DNA of 63,980 nt, counting the filler. It is 5 parts of 5 records of this genome, joined end to end, with 100 filler letters (N's around TTAATTAATTAA, not from the genome) between each part and the next. Parts side by side here need not be neighbours in the genome. Positions count along the whole stretch, not along the records: positions 15,413 to 43,719 come from SRR20825010_3321; 4 more parts are not named here. The stretch is one strand, 5' to 3'. This document shows positions 21,294 to 30,317 of this stretch, one piece after another; positions within the stretch are counted from its first letter, which is position 1, and each line of letters opens with the position of its first letter. The position numbers and the translations under genes are program-made. The notes under the pieces are model-generated. The model was not told the origin of the DNA and searched no databases. It saw only the letters and a list, made by a program, of their open reading frames with translations.

Positions 21294-22736
21294 ATGTCCT
21301 CTTCGTCTTCTCAGCCAACGTTTTCGAGCACCGATCCCTCGGTACCTGACGCGGTCGTCGTTTCCCATGATGCGACGAAAGCAGACGCGTTTTCAGACGA
21401 CAACGATCAAGGCGGCGACCGCGATCGGATTGGCGAATCGGAACCACCATCCTCCAGTGTTGCTGAGTCTGGATCCGGCGGCGGAGGCTTGGTCACCACG
21501 ATCGTTTTCGCGGTCGTGATGCTGGCGATGTTCATCAATCCGATTGAACCGAAAACCAGTGCGGAATTCGATCGCGCCACCAGCAGCCTGAACGTGCTAA
21601 CGCTTGCAAAGCTTGCCCTCGCTGCTGCGGCGACCGGTTTGGGGGGAATCGCGGTGCTGCTCAGTCCGCGAACGCGTCAATTGCTCGGCAGCCTTCCTGG
21701 AATCGGCCTGCTCACTCTGGGCGGGCTGTTTTGCATCACCAGTTTGTTCGCCATCGAAAGCAATGCGATGATCAGTCGCGCATCGGCGATGATCTTTGTC
21801 GGCTACTTGTTGTTCACCGCGATGGCTTTGGCAACGCTTGGGCCGCGAAAATTGTTGGCGGCTATTGTGGCGGGAACATCGATGTACATGTTGGTGACGT
21901 GGGGACTGTTTGTTCTCGTTCCCGAAATGGGCACATTCGAAGAATTCATCAGTGCGACCGAAACGGTGCGTCGGATGGGAGGCACCGGTCACCCCAACAA
22001 CATTGCGAAAACGGCGATCGCAATTGTGCTGGTTGGTGTGGCGATGTACTTGGGACGCACCGACACGTTGGTCTCGGTCGGAGTTCGTGGTCCGTGGCAG
22101 CGACTGGTGCTGATCGCGATCATGATCTTGGCCGCAGCAACCGTTGTTGCGACGCTCAGCCGGACTGCCATGCTTGCCGGGATTGCGGCCGGCGGAATTC
22201 TGCTGATTGATCGGCTTTATGGACGGGGTGGATTGGCGTTGGGAATCCTCGGGATCGCATCGGCCGCATCGCTCGTGCTCGCGATCTCGTTGTTCACTGG
22301 TGAGGGGCCGTTTTCTGAATCCGCAGTCAGCGCGGTCACCAAGAGTGGCGACGTCGAAGAGCTCACATCACTGACCGGTCGAACAACAATTTGGGAAGAA
22401 GCAATTGGGTTCATCGTCAAACGGCCACTCACCGGCTACGGCATGGACAGCGCCGCCAGTGTGATGAGCCGTGAAGCAACGGGGACTCACAACTTGTTGC
22501 TGCACGTCACATTTTCGGCCGGCGTTGTCGCTTGCTCGGTGATGGTGTTGATGCTGGGATGGTCGCTCGTGTTCGGAGCGACATCGTCCTATGAATGGAT
22601 TCGAACCGTGCTGACCTATGTCCTGGTATCAGGACTGGTCGAAGACACGATCATCGAATCCTTCCCAACCACGCTGACGGTTCTTTGGATGGCCGCGTTG
22701 TTGGCACCCGCTTTAGCCGGTCGTCCCAAGCCCTGA
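21294..22736 (+). CDS. O-antigen ligase / Wzy_C family membrane protein
   Basis: Multiple TM helices; RMGGTGHPN, TLSRTA, LTGRTTIW, RPLTGYG, THN motifs. Confidence 0.85.
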   Translation: MSSSSSQPTFSSTDPSVPDAVVVSHDATKADAFSDDNDQGGDRDRIGESEPPSSSVAESGSGGGGLVTTIVFAVVMLAMFINPIEPKTSAEFDRATSSLNVLTLAKLALAAAATGLGGIAVLLSPRTRQLLGSLPGIGLLTLGGLFCITSLFAIESNAMISRASAMIFVGYLLFTAMALATLGPRKLLAAIVAGTSMYMLVTWGLFVLVPEMGTFEEFISATETVRRMGGTGHPNNIAKTAIAIVLVGVAMYLGRTDTLVSVGVRGPWQRLVLIAIMILAAATVVATLSRTAMLAGIAAGGILLIDRLYGRGGLALGILGIASAASLVLAISLFTGEGPFSESAVSAVTKSGDVEELTSLTGRTTIWEEAIGFIVKRPLTGYGMDSAASVMSREATGTHNLLLHVTFSAGVVACSVMVLMLGWSLVFGATSSYEWIRTVLTYVLVSGLVEDTIIESFPTTLTVLWMAALLAPALAGRPKP

Positions 22737-25472
22737 TGCAATTGCGTTGACGCTTAGCAACAAAGCTGGCAACAACGCGTCGGCTTGGGTGTGCTCGCCC
22801 ATCTTGTTGTAGCTGCGCCAACGTTGCAGCAACGAAATCTGTTGGCGGTGAAGCAAACGCAGCCCTTCACTTCGAAGTGCGATCATTCGCTGAACATTGG
22901 GGCGTTGTGATTCCATGGGGCCGCCGTAGACGGCTTCGACCATTTCGCACGCCAGCTTCCATTGAGTTTCGATGTCAGTGACGAAGCGTTCTCGCAAGGC
23001 TGGGTTTTCGACCAAAGCCGCGTACTGCTTCATGACTTCGATGTCGACCGCCGTGACACTCGTGGCAACGTTGCTGATCAAGTAGTGCAGCGGCGCCCAA
23101 TCTCGCAGTGCTTCTTTCACCGCGTCGAATTCATCGGGGCACTCCGTTTGAAGTTTCTTCAGTGCCGTTCCAACTCCGTACCAACCTGACAAATAGCAAC
23201 GCGCTTGGCCCCAGCTGAATACCCATGGGATCGCTCGCAAATCATCCAATGTTTGCTGGCCGGTTCGGCGAGCCGGACGCGAACCGATGCGACTTTGTTC
23301 GATCGCATCGATCGGTGTGGCTTCGCGGAAGAACTCGACGAATCCATCGCTGTGAAGCAGTTCGTGATAAGTGGTCCGAGCCCACGCGGCGAGTTTGACC
23401 AACGTTGGTTCGAGTGGGTGATCAGGTTCTTCTGAACGCGAATCGGCGAGTGACTTTCGGGTGACTCCCGCCAAGAACAATTCCAAGTTGTAGATTGCCG
23501 TGGGTTCGTGAGCGTACTTCTGCGCGATCGTTTCACCTTGCTCCGTCAATCGCATGTCGCCGGCGATCGTGTGATCAGGAAGGCTTTTGATAAAACGATG
23601 TGTCGGGCCTGCACCACGGCTGATTGTGCCGCCGCGACCGTGGAAGAATCTCGCACGAACGCCGTGTGATCGAGCGACTTGGGTCAGCTTTCGTTGAGCG
23701 TGTCGCAACCCAACGAGGCTGGCCAAGATGCCGCCGTCCTTGTTGCTGTCGCTGTAACCGATCATGACTTGACCAACCGGAGCGGTTGCTCCTTCACGTT
23801 GTGCGATCGCGGTCAAGCTGTTTCGGGTGATCGGGTGTTGAAGGAACCCATCGTAGATTTCCGGTGACCGTTCGAGATCGTCAATCGTTTCGAACAACGG
23901 AACAACCGGCAATGGGCAAACGGCACCGGACTCGGTTCGTTGCAACAAGCCGACTTCGCGAGCGAGCAGATAAACCGCCAACAAATCGGACGTCTTGCGA
24001 GTCATGCTGACGATCAACGCGCCCAATCCATCGGCACCGTGTTTGGATCGATACTGAGTCACAACACGCAAGGCACCCAGCACCGCGTCGGCTTCTTCAC
24101 CGGCGGAGGAGTCCGGGTGAGTCAACGGACGTGAATTGGCGAGTTCCTCATTGAGGAACTTCATTCGTTTGTCTTCGTCCCAGCTAGCGAACTTCCAATC
24201 GGCCATGCCAGCGGCTCTTAACAATTGTTCAATCGCGGTGTCGTGCTTGGCACTGTTTTGGCGAATGTCCAGCACCGCCAAGTGGAATCCAAACGTCTGA
24301 GCGATTCGCATCGTCGGTGCAACGGCGCTCGTGGCGACGTCACCCAAGTCGACCGCGACCAAGCTCTCGTGCAAACAGCGAAGGTCAGCGAGTAATTCTC
24401 GCGAACGTTGGTAGGTGTGTTGTTCCTTGCCGCTCATCATGGTTTTTTCGGACGGCAAGCTCGCCAACATCAAGTTGATAAACTGACGCCAAGGCTCGTT
24501 CGGGTTGCGAGCGATCGCGGCTGCACCGGCCGGGCCCATCGCGTGAGCTCGTTCAGCAATGCGGGTCAAGAAATCGCTGGTCGGTGGCAACCAGTAAGCC
24601 GACACACTGGTCAATCGAGCGAGCTGGATCAGTTCTTCTCGCATCAGTTCGACCGCACCGCGTCGCAGTTGCATCAACGTCTCTTCGGTCACCTCGGGAG
24701 TGACCAGTGGGTGGCCGTCGCGGTCGCCGCCCACCCAGGTTCCAAATGTCAGTCGCGGTAGGGCCAACGGGTCGGCGATTGCTTTTTCGCTCAAGCCGAC
24801 TTCTCGCCAAGCCTGACGCAGTCGTTGATCGAGCGGTTGCAGGGCTTTTGGGAAGACCACCGTCAAGTAATCCATTACGTTGCGGCGTTCGGACTGCAAA
24901 TCCGGCTTGTCGAGGTAGATCTCGCCCGTTCGCCACAAAATGCTCAGAACCGATTCGATTGCTTCTTCGTTTTCGGACCGTCGCCATGGTGGAAGATCGG
25001 TTTGGTGACGCAATTGGAAACGACGGAACAGGCGGCGGTGGTGAGCCAAAACCGTTGCCCGTTTCGCTTCGGTTGGGTGAGCAGTCAAAACCAGCTCGAC
25101 ACGCATCGATGGCAGCTCCGCAGCGATCATGTCAGCGGTCCAACCACGATCGATCAATTGCTGCAGGCTCTCGCCCCACAACGCTGGCAGGTCGGCCATG
25201 CCCGATTCCGATTCAATTCGATCGCGAAACTGTGCGGCGGAACTTTGTTCGGCCATGCTCAACAATTGAAACGCGATCGAATACGCCTGAGTGAGCTGAA
25301 CTGAATCGGCCGGTGCCTTTGCGGGATCGAGTTTGCATCCGGGGACGGGAAGCAGTTCGGCCAGCTTTTCATCGCCGCCGCGTTGCAACACGCTTTGCAG
25401 TGCCGAGAGCATCCACTGCCAATCACGGTTCAGTTGGTCGACGTCAAGGGCGAGAATATTGGCTGATACCAT
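22713..25472 (-). CDS. ppc: Phosphoenolpyruvate carboxylase
   Basis: VLTAHPTE, WVGGDRDG, PLFET, QVMIGYSDSNKDGG, FHGRGG, LRAIPWVFSW. Confidence 0.95.
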   Translation of the reverse strand: MVSANILALDVDQLNRDWQWMLSALQSVLQRGGDEKLAELLPVPGCKLDPAKAPADSVQLTQAYSIAFQLLSMAEQSSAAQFRDRIESESGMADLPALWGESLQQLIDRGWTADMIAAELPSMRVELVLTAHPTEAKRATVLAHHRRLFRRFQLRHQTDLPPWRRSENEEAIESVLSILWRTGEIYLDKPDLQSERRNVMDYLTVVFPKALQPLDQRLRQAWREVGLSEKAIADPLALPRLTFGTWVGGDRDGHPLVTPEVTEETLMQLRRGAVELMREELIQLARLTSVSAYWLPPTSDFLTRIAERAHAMGPAGAAAIARNPNEPWRQFINLMLASLPSEKTMMSGKEQHTYQRSRELLADLRCLHESLVAVDLGDVATSAVAPTMRIAQTFGFHLAVLDIRQNSAKHDTAIEQLLRAAGMADWKFASWDEDKRMKFLNEELANSRPLTHPDSSAGEEADAVLGALRVVTQYRSKHGADGLGALIVSMTRKTSDLLAVYLLAREVGLLQRTESGAVCPLPVVPLFETIDDLERSPEIYDGFLQHPITRNSLTAIAQREGATAPVGQVMIGYSDSNKDGGILASLVGLRHAQRKLTQVARSHGVRARFFHGRGGTISRGAGPTHRFIKSLPDHTIAGDMRLTEQGETIAQKYAHEPTAIYNLELFLAGVTRKSLADSRSEEPDHPLEPTLVKLAAWARTTYHELLHSDGFVEFFREATPIDAIEQSRIGSRPARRTGQQTLDDLRAIPWVFSWGQARCYLSGWYGVGTALKKLQTECPDEFDAVKEALRDWAPLHYLISNVATSVTAVDIEVMKQYAALVENPALRERFVTDIETQWKLACEMVEAVYGGPMESQRPNVQRMIALRSEGLRLLHRQQISLLQRWRSYNKMGEHTQADALLPALLLSVNAIASGLGTTG

Positions 25473-25651
25473 CGTGACAGTTCGTTGTGGTGAAAAGGGA
25501 AGAGAGCGGCGGCAATCCAATTGAATGATCGGTGCTCGTACACCCTACGATTTTGCAGACTGAGGGCCGGAGCAACAGTGGCGACGATCGAGTTCTGATG
25601 CCTTGGGTTGAATCTTGCCCCCAGGTGAGAAGCTGGGAGCCGAGTGCGCAT

Positions 25652-25685
25652 AAAAAAAACGAGCACTGTTCGTGAACAGCACTCG
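25652..25685 (-). terminator. Intrinsic terminator of the Cys/Pro-rich gene
   Basis: Minus strand CGAGTGCTGTTC-AC-GAACAGTGCTCG (two G-U pairs) followed by T8. Confidence 0.8.
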
Positions 25686-25745
25686 CTCTTGTGTCGGTAA
25701 AACGCTGTTTCCAATTCAGATCGGAAACGAACGAATTCCGTTGAT

Positions 25746-26150
25746 TCAGTTGCAGCAAGGATCTGGGCAGCACTTTTTGGCTGCGAAACGAGCCTTGATC
25801 TTTGCAAACAAGCCACACTTTGGCTTTGCACATGGGTCGCAGCAAACTGGAGCTGGTTCTGGGCAGCAAACAGGTGCTGGTTCGCAGCAAACTGGAGCTG
25901 GAGCAGGTTCGCAGCAAGGTGCTGGAGCTGGAGCTGGTTCGCAGCAAACGACTGGTGCAGGTGCTGGTTCGCAGCAAACTGGTGCTGGAGCTGGCTCGCA
26001 GCAAACAGGTTCTGGTGCTTCGCAGCAAACTGGGGCAGGTTCGCAGCAGCTGTTCTTCTTGAAGCAACCGAACAAGCCAGCTTCGGCTTGTGGAGCAACG
26101 GCAACGCTGGAAACAGCGAACAGGGCGACAACCATGATCGATCGAATCAT
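25746..26150 (-). CDS. Secreted Cys/Pro-rich repeat protein (CCEPAPV repeats)
   Basis: GGAGAG upstream, signal peptide ending AEA, tandem CC-E-PAP(AP)V units, own terminator. Confidence 0.85.
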   Translation of the reverse strand: MIRSIMVVALFAVSSVAVAPQAEAGLFGCFKKNSCCEPAPVCCEAPEPVCCEPAPAPVCCEPAPAPVVCCEPAPAPAPCCEPAPAPVCCEPAPVCCPEPAPVCCDPCAKPKCGLFAKIKARFAAKKCCPDPCCN

Positions 26151-26472
26151 CTAAACTCTCCTAGACTAGGTGGAAATGCCTCAAACACGCGCGGAGGCAA
26201 TTTGGGCAGAGTTTAGGTGTCACGCAGCTTGCGTCAACCATAGCAAATGCACCGTAAAAAACGGTTAAAACGACTTTTCGGGCGGTTTGCTTGCGGTTTT
26301 TGAGCGTTTTTACGCGACTGTGCTCCAATCGGGAACACCACCGCGTCAGGATGCCGCACCTGGCACCCTAGGCAATTTGGACGTCCAACTGGCTCGGTTC
26401 GGCAAAATTCATGCAGAACGCGCGTCCTGAAGCGGAAATATCGGTGCCGTCCGGCTGAAATTGCCAGCAGGA

Positions 26473-27582
26473 TCAGGCAGCACGGCGGGCCGGCGTTGCA
26501 TCGCCTTTGCGTTTGGTTGGCTGACCAACACGACGTCGTGGAATCGCGAGCGGTCCACGTTCATCGGCTCCTGCATACGAGTACCAGGCTCGTTCGTCGA
26601 TCGCATCCAAGATCGAACCGGCAACACGAACAGCTCGAGCGCCCGCGGACCCGTCGACGATCGGTGACGATCCGCTTTCGACGCTGATGACGAAATCATG
26701 CAGCTCGTCGAGAATCGCGTTTCGCGGTTGCAGTTCGTTGACTTCGCACTGCAAGTGTTCGCTGAACAGTGCGTCCGCGTACCCGAGTGGATTGTCTGTT
26801 TGTTCGTTCAGATCGAACTGGCGAGTCGACAGTGTTTCACTGGCACGCACGGTCGCCAGCGAAGGTTTGCCAAAATCGATTTGTGCAAAACCGGCGGGGC
26901 TGAACAGAGTCATGTCGCGGGCGGGCAGCGGGCTGACACGCGACGCTTTCAGGTTAGCCACCATGCCGCATTCAAATTCGATGCGTGCTTCGGCGATGTC
27001 TTCGTGATCGCTGACCACGGAAATGCCGCTGGCCGAAATGGATCGTACGGCGGATTGGGTCAGAGATAAAACCAAATCCAAATCATGGATCATCAGGTCC
27101 ATGACAACGCCGACATCCAAGCAACGTCCGGGGAAGCGAGATGCACGAGTGGCTTCGACATATTTCACGTCAACGCCAAACTCTTCCAGCGCGGTGAAGG
27201 CTGGGTTGAAGCGTTCGACGTGGCCAACTTGAAGCACGACATTGCGTGTCGATGCCATTAATGCCAGTCGGCGAGCGTCGTCGGATTCGGCGGCCAATGG
27301 CTTTTCAACCATCAAGTGTTTGCCGGCTTTGATCAACGTCGAGGCGATGTCCGCGTGATAGTCGGTGGGAGCCGCGATGATGGCGGCATCGATGTCTTCG
27401 ATGACATCGCGGTAATCCGAGTGAGCTGCAACACCGTGCGTGTCGGCGACTGCCTGACATGCGGCTTGCACCGGGTCGCAGACCGCGACGAGGCGAGCAC
27501 CATCGACTTGTGAAATCAATTTGGCGTGGATTCGGCCCAAGTGACCTGCACCAATGACGGCGACTCGCAATTCCCGGTTCAT
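26473..27582 (-). CDS. Gfo/Idh/MocA oxidoreductase, GnnA-like
   Basis: GAGHLGRIHA, VEKP, QVGHVERFNPA, DLMIHDLD; ATGA overlap with lpxA. Confidence 0.85.
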   Translation of the reverse strand: MNRELRVAVIGAGHLGRIHAKLISQVDGARLVAVCDPVQAACQAVADTHGVAAHSDYRDVIEDIDAAIIAAPTDYHADIASTLIKAGKHLMVEKPLAAESDDARRLALMASTRNVVLQVGHVERFNPAFTALEEFGVDVKYVEATRASRFPGRCLDVGVVMDLMIHDLDLVLSLTQSAVRSISASGISVVSDHEDIAEARIEFECGMVANLKASRVSPLPARDMTLFSPAGFAQIDFGKPSLATVRASETLSTRQFDLNEQTDNPLGYADALFSEHLQCEVNELQPRNAILDELHDFVISVESGSSPIVDGSAGARAVRVAGSILDAIDERAWYSYAGADERGPLAIPRRRVGQPTKRKGDATPARRAA

Positions 27583-28388
27583 GCTGCTTTCTTTCTTCTA
27601 TCTCGGCCTCGGCCGGCACGACCAAGGCAACTGTTGTCTAAACAATCAAACAGGTGCCGCAACACGGGGCGGATTGGACCAGTCGCGAACAATTGATCGC
27701 GAGCGGGTTCCACGCCGATACGTTTCCGATACAGCAAACGAAACGCCTGCGTCAACACTGCAATGTCGTCGTCGGTGTAATCGTGGCGTTTCAGTCCCAC
27801 CGTGTTGATGCAGCGAGGACGAGCATCGGCACCATCGACGATCACAAATGGAGGCACGTCTTGCAGAATGCGAGTCATCGCCCCAACAAAGCTGAGTGTT
27901 CCGATCGACACGAATTGATGGACACCAGCTCCACCGGCAATCGTGACATCGTCGGCGATGTGAGCGTGGCCACCGATCATGCAGTTGTTGGCCAACACAA
28001 TTCGCGAACCGATGTTGCAGTCGTGAGCGATGTGGGTGCCGGTCATCAAATAGTTGTGGTCGCCAACTCGGGTGACACCGTCTTCTTTCTCGCTGGCACG
28101 GTTGATCGTGACTTGCTCACGGAACACGTTTCCATCGCCGATCTCAACTCTCGTTGGCGTGTTGCGATAGCTGACGTCTTGTGGATTGGTTCCAATCGAA
28201 ACGTGCGGGAAGATTTGGTTGTCGCAGCCGATCGATGTCACTCCATCGAGCGTGACGTGATCTCCCACTCGCGTGCGGTCGCCCAATTTGACATTGGGGC
28301 CAATGACGCAGAAGTGTCCGATTTGGACGCCTTCGCCGATCTGCGCACGAGGATCGACCACGGCGGTTTGAGCGATACTAGCACTCAT
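27579..28388 (-). CDS. lpxA: UDP-N-acetylglucosamine acyltransferase
   Basis: Hexapeptide repeats, PQD, REQVTINR, HIAHDC, GVHQF, QDVPPF. Confidence 0.95.
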   Translation of the reverse strand: MSASIAQTAVVDPRAQIGEGVQIGHFCVIGPNVKLGDRTRVGDHVTLDGVTSIGCDNQIFPHVSIGTNPQDVSYRNTPTRVEIGDGNVFREQVTINRASEKEDGVTRVGDHNYLMTGTHIAHDCNIGSRIVLANNCMIGGHAHIADDVTIAGGAGVHQFVSIGTLSFVGAMTRILQDVPPFVIVDGADARPRCINTVGLKRHDYTDDDIAVLTQAFRLLYRKRIGVEPARDQLFATGPIRPVLRHLFDCLDNSCLGRAGRGRDRRKKAA

Positions 28389-28461
28389 AGTTGGATCCTT
28401 GGTGCGTTATTCTTAGGTTGAGATGCGGTATGGTTTCGAGTCGTTGTTCCGTCGCGATTGA

Positions 28462-29370
28462 TCATGCTGCTCGGTTTCTCCGCTGGCCAGCGAATGGAAT
28501 CGAGTGGTGCGTCAGTCGTTGCTGGTGAGCCAGTTGTGCGAGTCGGACGGCGACCATTCCGTTGAGCTGATGCCCGCCGCGAACGGAAGAAAACTGTCCT
28601 ATCAAACCGACGCCCGCGAGCGAAAGATCACCAATTAGATCGAGCGTCTTGTGGCGAGCGCACTCGTTTCGAAAGCGGTATTCATTGTCGACCGGGCCGT
28701 CGTCGCCGATTACCAAGAGGTCTTGGTGCGTGACGTGCGATGCAACGCCCGAAGCGCGAAGTTGTTTGGCTTGTTCGGCGGTGACAAAGGTTCGAGCCGA
28801 AGCGACTTGCCGAGCAAACGTGAGCGGTGTTTGCACGCATCGGAACTTTTGTTCTCGGATGGTGCTGTCGGGACCGTAGTCCAGACTGTATTCGAAGGTC
28901 GATTCGTTGTTGGTGCTGGGCGAAACGTCAACGTATCCGCCGCTGTGTTCGATACGGAACGATTCGCGAATGACCAAGGGCTGCGAGGTGGCGGCTTGGA
29001 TGACCAAGCCCGCTTCTTGCAACGCGTCGACATAGGCCAGTGAGCTCCCGTCTAATCCGGGCAGTTCTTCGGCCGTGATTTCGACTCGACAATTGTCGAT
29101 TTCGAGTCCGGCCAGGGCCGCCATCAGGTGCTCGACCATTTCAAACGTGGCCGGGCCATTGGCAAGGTTCGTTCGGAACGAAATGCCGGTGGCGTATTGG
29201 GTGGTGGCGGGGCATTCAGGTTGGCCAGGCAGATCCGCTCGGACGAGCACGATGCCGGTTCCTGCTGGTGCGGGGCAGCACGTGACGCGAACGTCTTTGC
29301 CGCTCCAGTAGCCACGTCCGCTGATTTCGCAGCACGACGCGATCGTATGTTCGTTGCGAATCCCCATCAC
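28462..29370 (-). CDS. lpxC: UDP-3-O-acyl-N-acetylglucosamine deacetylase
   Basis: VEHLMAAL, DGSS, ARTF, HKTLDLIGDL, GGH motifs. Confidence 0.93.
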   Translation of the reverse strand: MMGIRNEHTIASCCEISGRGYWSGKDVRVTCCPAPAGTGIVLVRADLPGQPECPATTQYATGISFRTNLANGPATFEMVEHLMAALAGLEIDNCRVEITAEELPGLDGSSLAYVDALQEAGLVIQAATSQPLVIRESFRIEHSGGYVDVSPSTNNESTFEYSLDYGPDSTIREQKFRCVQTPLTFARQVASARTFVTAEQAKQLRASGVASHVTHQDLLVIGDDGPVDNEYRFRNECARHKTLDLIGDLSLAGVGLIGQFSSVRGGHQLNGMVAVRLAQLAHQQRLTHHSIPFAGQRRNRAA

Positions 29371-29533
29371 GCTGCGAGCCTCCTTGCACGCGAGCGAAGC
29401 CTATCCATCGGCATCGAGATGCTGACAGACCCCATTTTGTTTCTTGGACGACGTCGCGAATCCTTGCGACGCTCAACTGGTGGCTCGAAACAGGCTCGAG
29501 CCACCGTTTGCATGCCTCAGCGGTGATGCTGAA

Positions 29534-30187
29534 CTACTGACGGTTTGGTGTTCCGGCAGGATTCGTAGCGACCAATTTCTTGTCGAGGTAGCCCATCACA
29601 GCACCGGTCATGTCGAGTTTTTCGTCGTGATAAACGATGTTTCGCATCACGCCACGAATGACCGATTCACCTTGCTCGAGGTCCATGTCTTCGCTGTTGT
29701 AGCGCAAAACCAAGTTGATTTTGTGGTACTCGGCGATGGCTTGAACGCCAGCTGAGATGAGTTGGTAGTTGTCGTAGTAGATCTTGGCTTCGCGATCAGC
29801 GAGTTCTTTGCGTTTGCGAGCCATGTCCAAACGAAGTTTGGATTCCATGGAGGCAACGCGTTCTTCCTGGGCGGTGTACTCAGGAGAGTTTGGCTGGTAG
29901 GTCTTCAGTATTTCAACCGCACCCTTCAGCTCTTCTCGCTTGGAGGTCAGTTCGGTATCAAAGGCCTTCAGGTTGTCTTCGACAGCCTTCACTTGCCGCT
30001 TGATACCTTCATTGTTTTTGAAGATGTAGGCGACATCGACGACGGCGATGCGATGCCCTGCGTCTTGGGCCGAAGCTTGCGCCGGTGCCAATACACTGAC
30101 GGTGGTCATGGCCATGGCGATGGCCGAAAGAACGATGGTTCGCACGTCCGCTACTCCTTGCGTGGTGAATGCGATTGTCTGATTCAT
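29534..30187 (-). CDS. OmpH/Skp family periplasmic chaperone
   Basis: Signal peptide, IAVVDV, coiled coil, INLVL...LDMT; upstream of lpxC. Confidence 0.85.
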   Translation of the reverse strand: MNQTIAFTTQGVADVRTIVLSAIAMAMTTVSVLAPAQASAQDAGHRIAVVDVAYIFKNNEGIKRQVKAVEDNLKAFDTELTSKREELKGAVEILKTYQPNSPEYTAQEERVASMESKLRLDMARKRKELADREAKIYYDNYQLISAGVQAIAEYHKINLVLRYNSEDMDLEQGESVIRGVMRNIVYHDEKLDMTGAVMGYLDKKLVATNPAGTPNRQ

Positions 30188-30317
30188 GCCCGCTTGAAAG
30201 GCTCCGGTTTCCTCACCGAAAACAAGCGTTGCTGCCGGTCATTGTGTCAATCCGCCCCGACCGCTTCAAGACGGATCATGGCGGTTTCAACCGCAGATTG
30301 GCATTTTTCTTGGCGTT

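Noticed and set aside
25830-26050. Tandem GGTTCGCAGCAAAC-type DNA repeats resembling a CRISPR array or VNTR
   Set aside because: Periods are multiples of three with no unique spacers; fully explained by the CCEPAP protein repeat; no cas genes.
25444-26154. Alternative repeat ORFs (GSQQTGA, LLRTS, FAANQ frames)
   Set aside because: Shadow frames of the Cys/Pro gene, which alone has an RBS, signal peptide and terminator.
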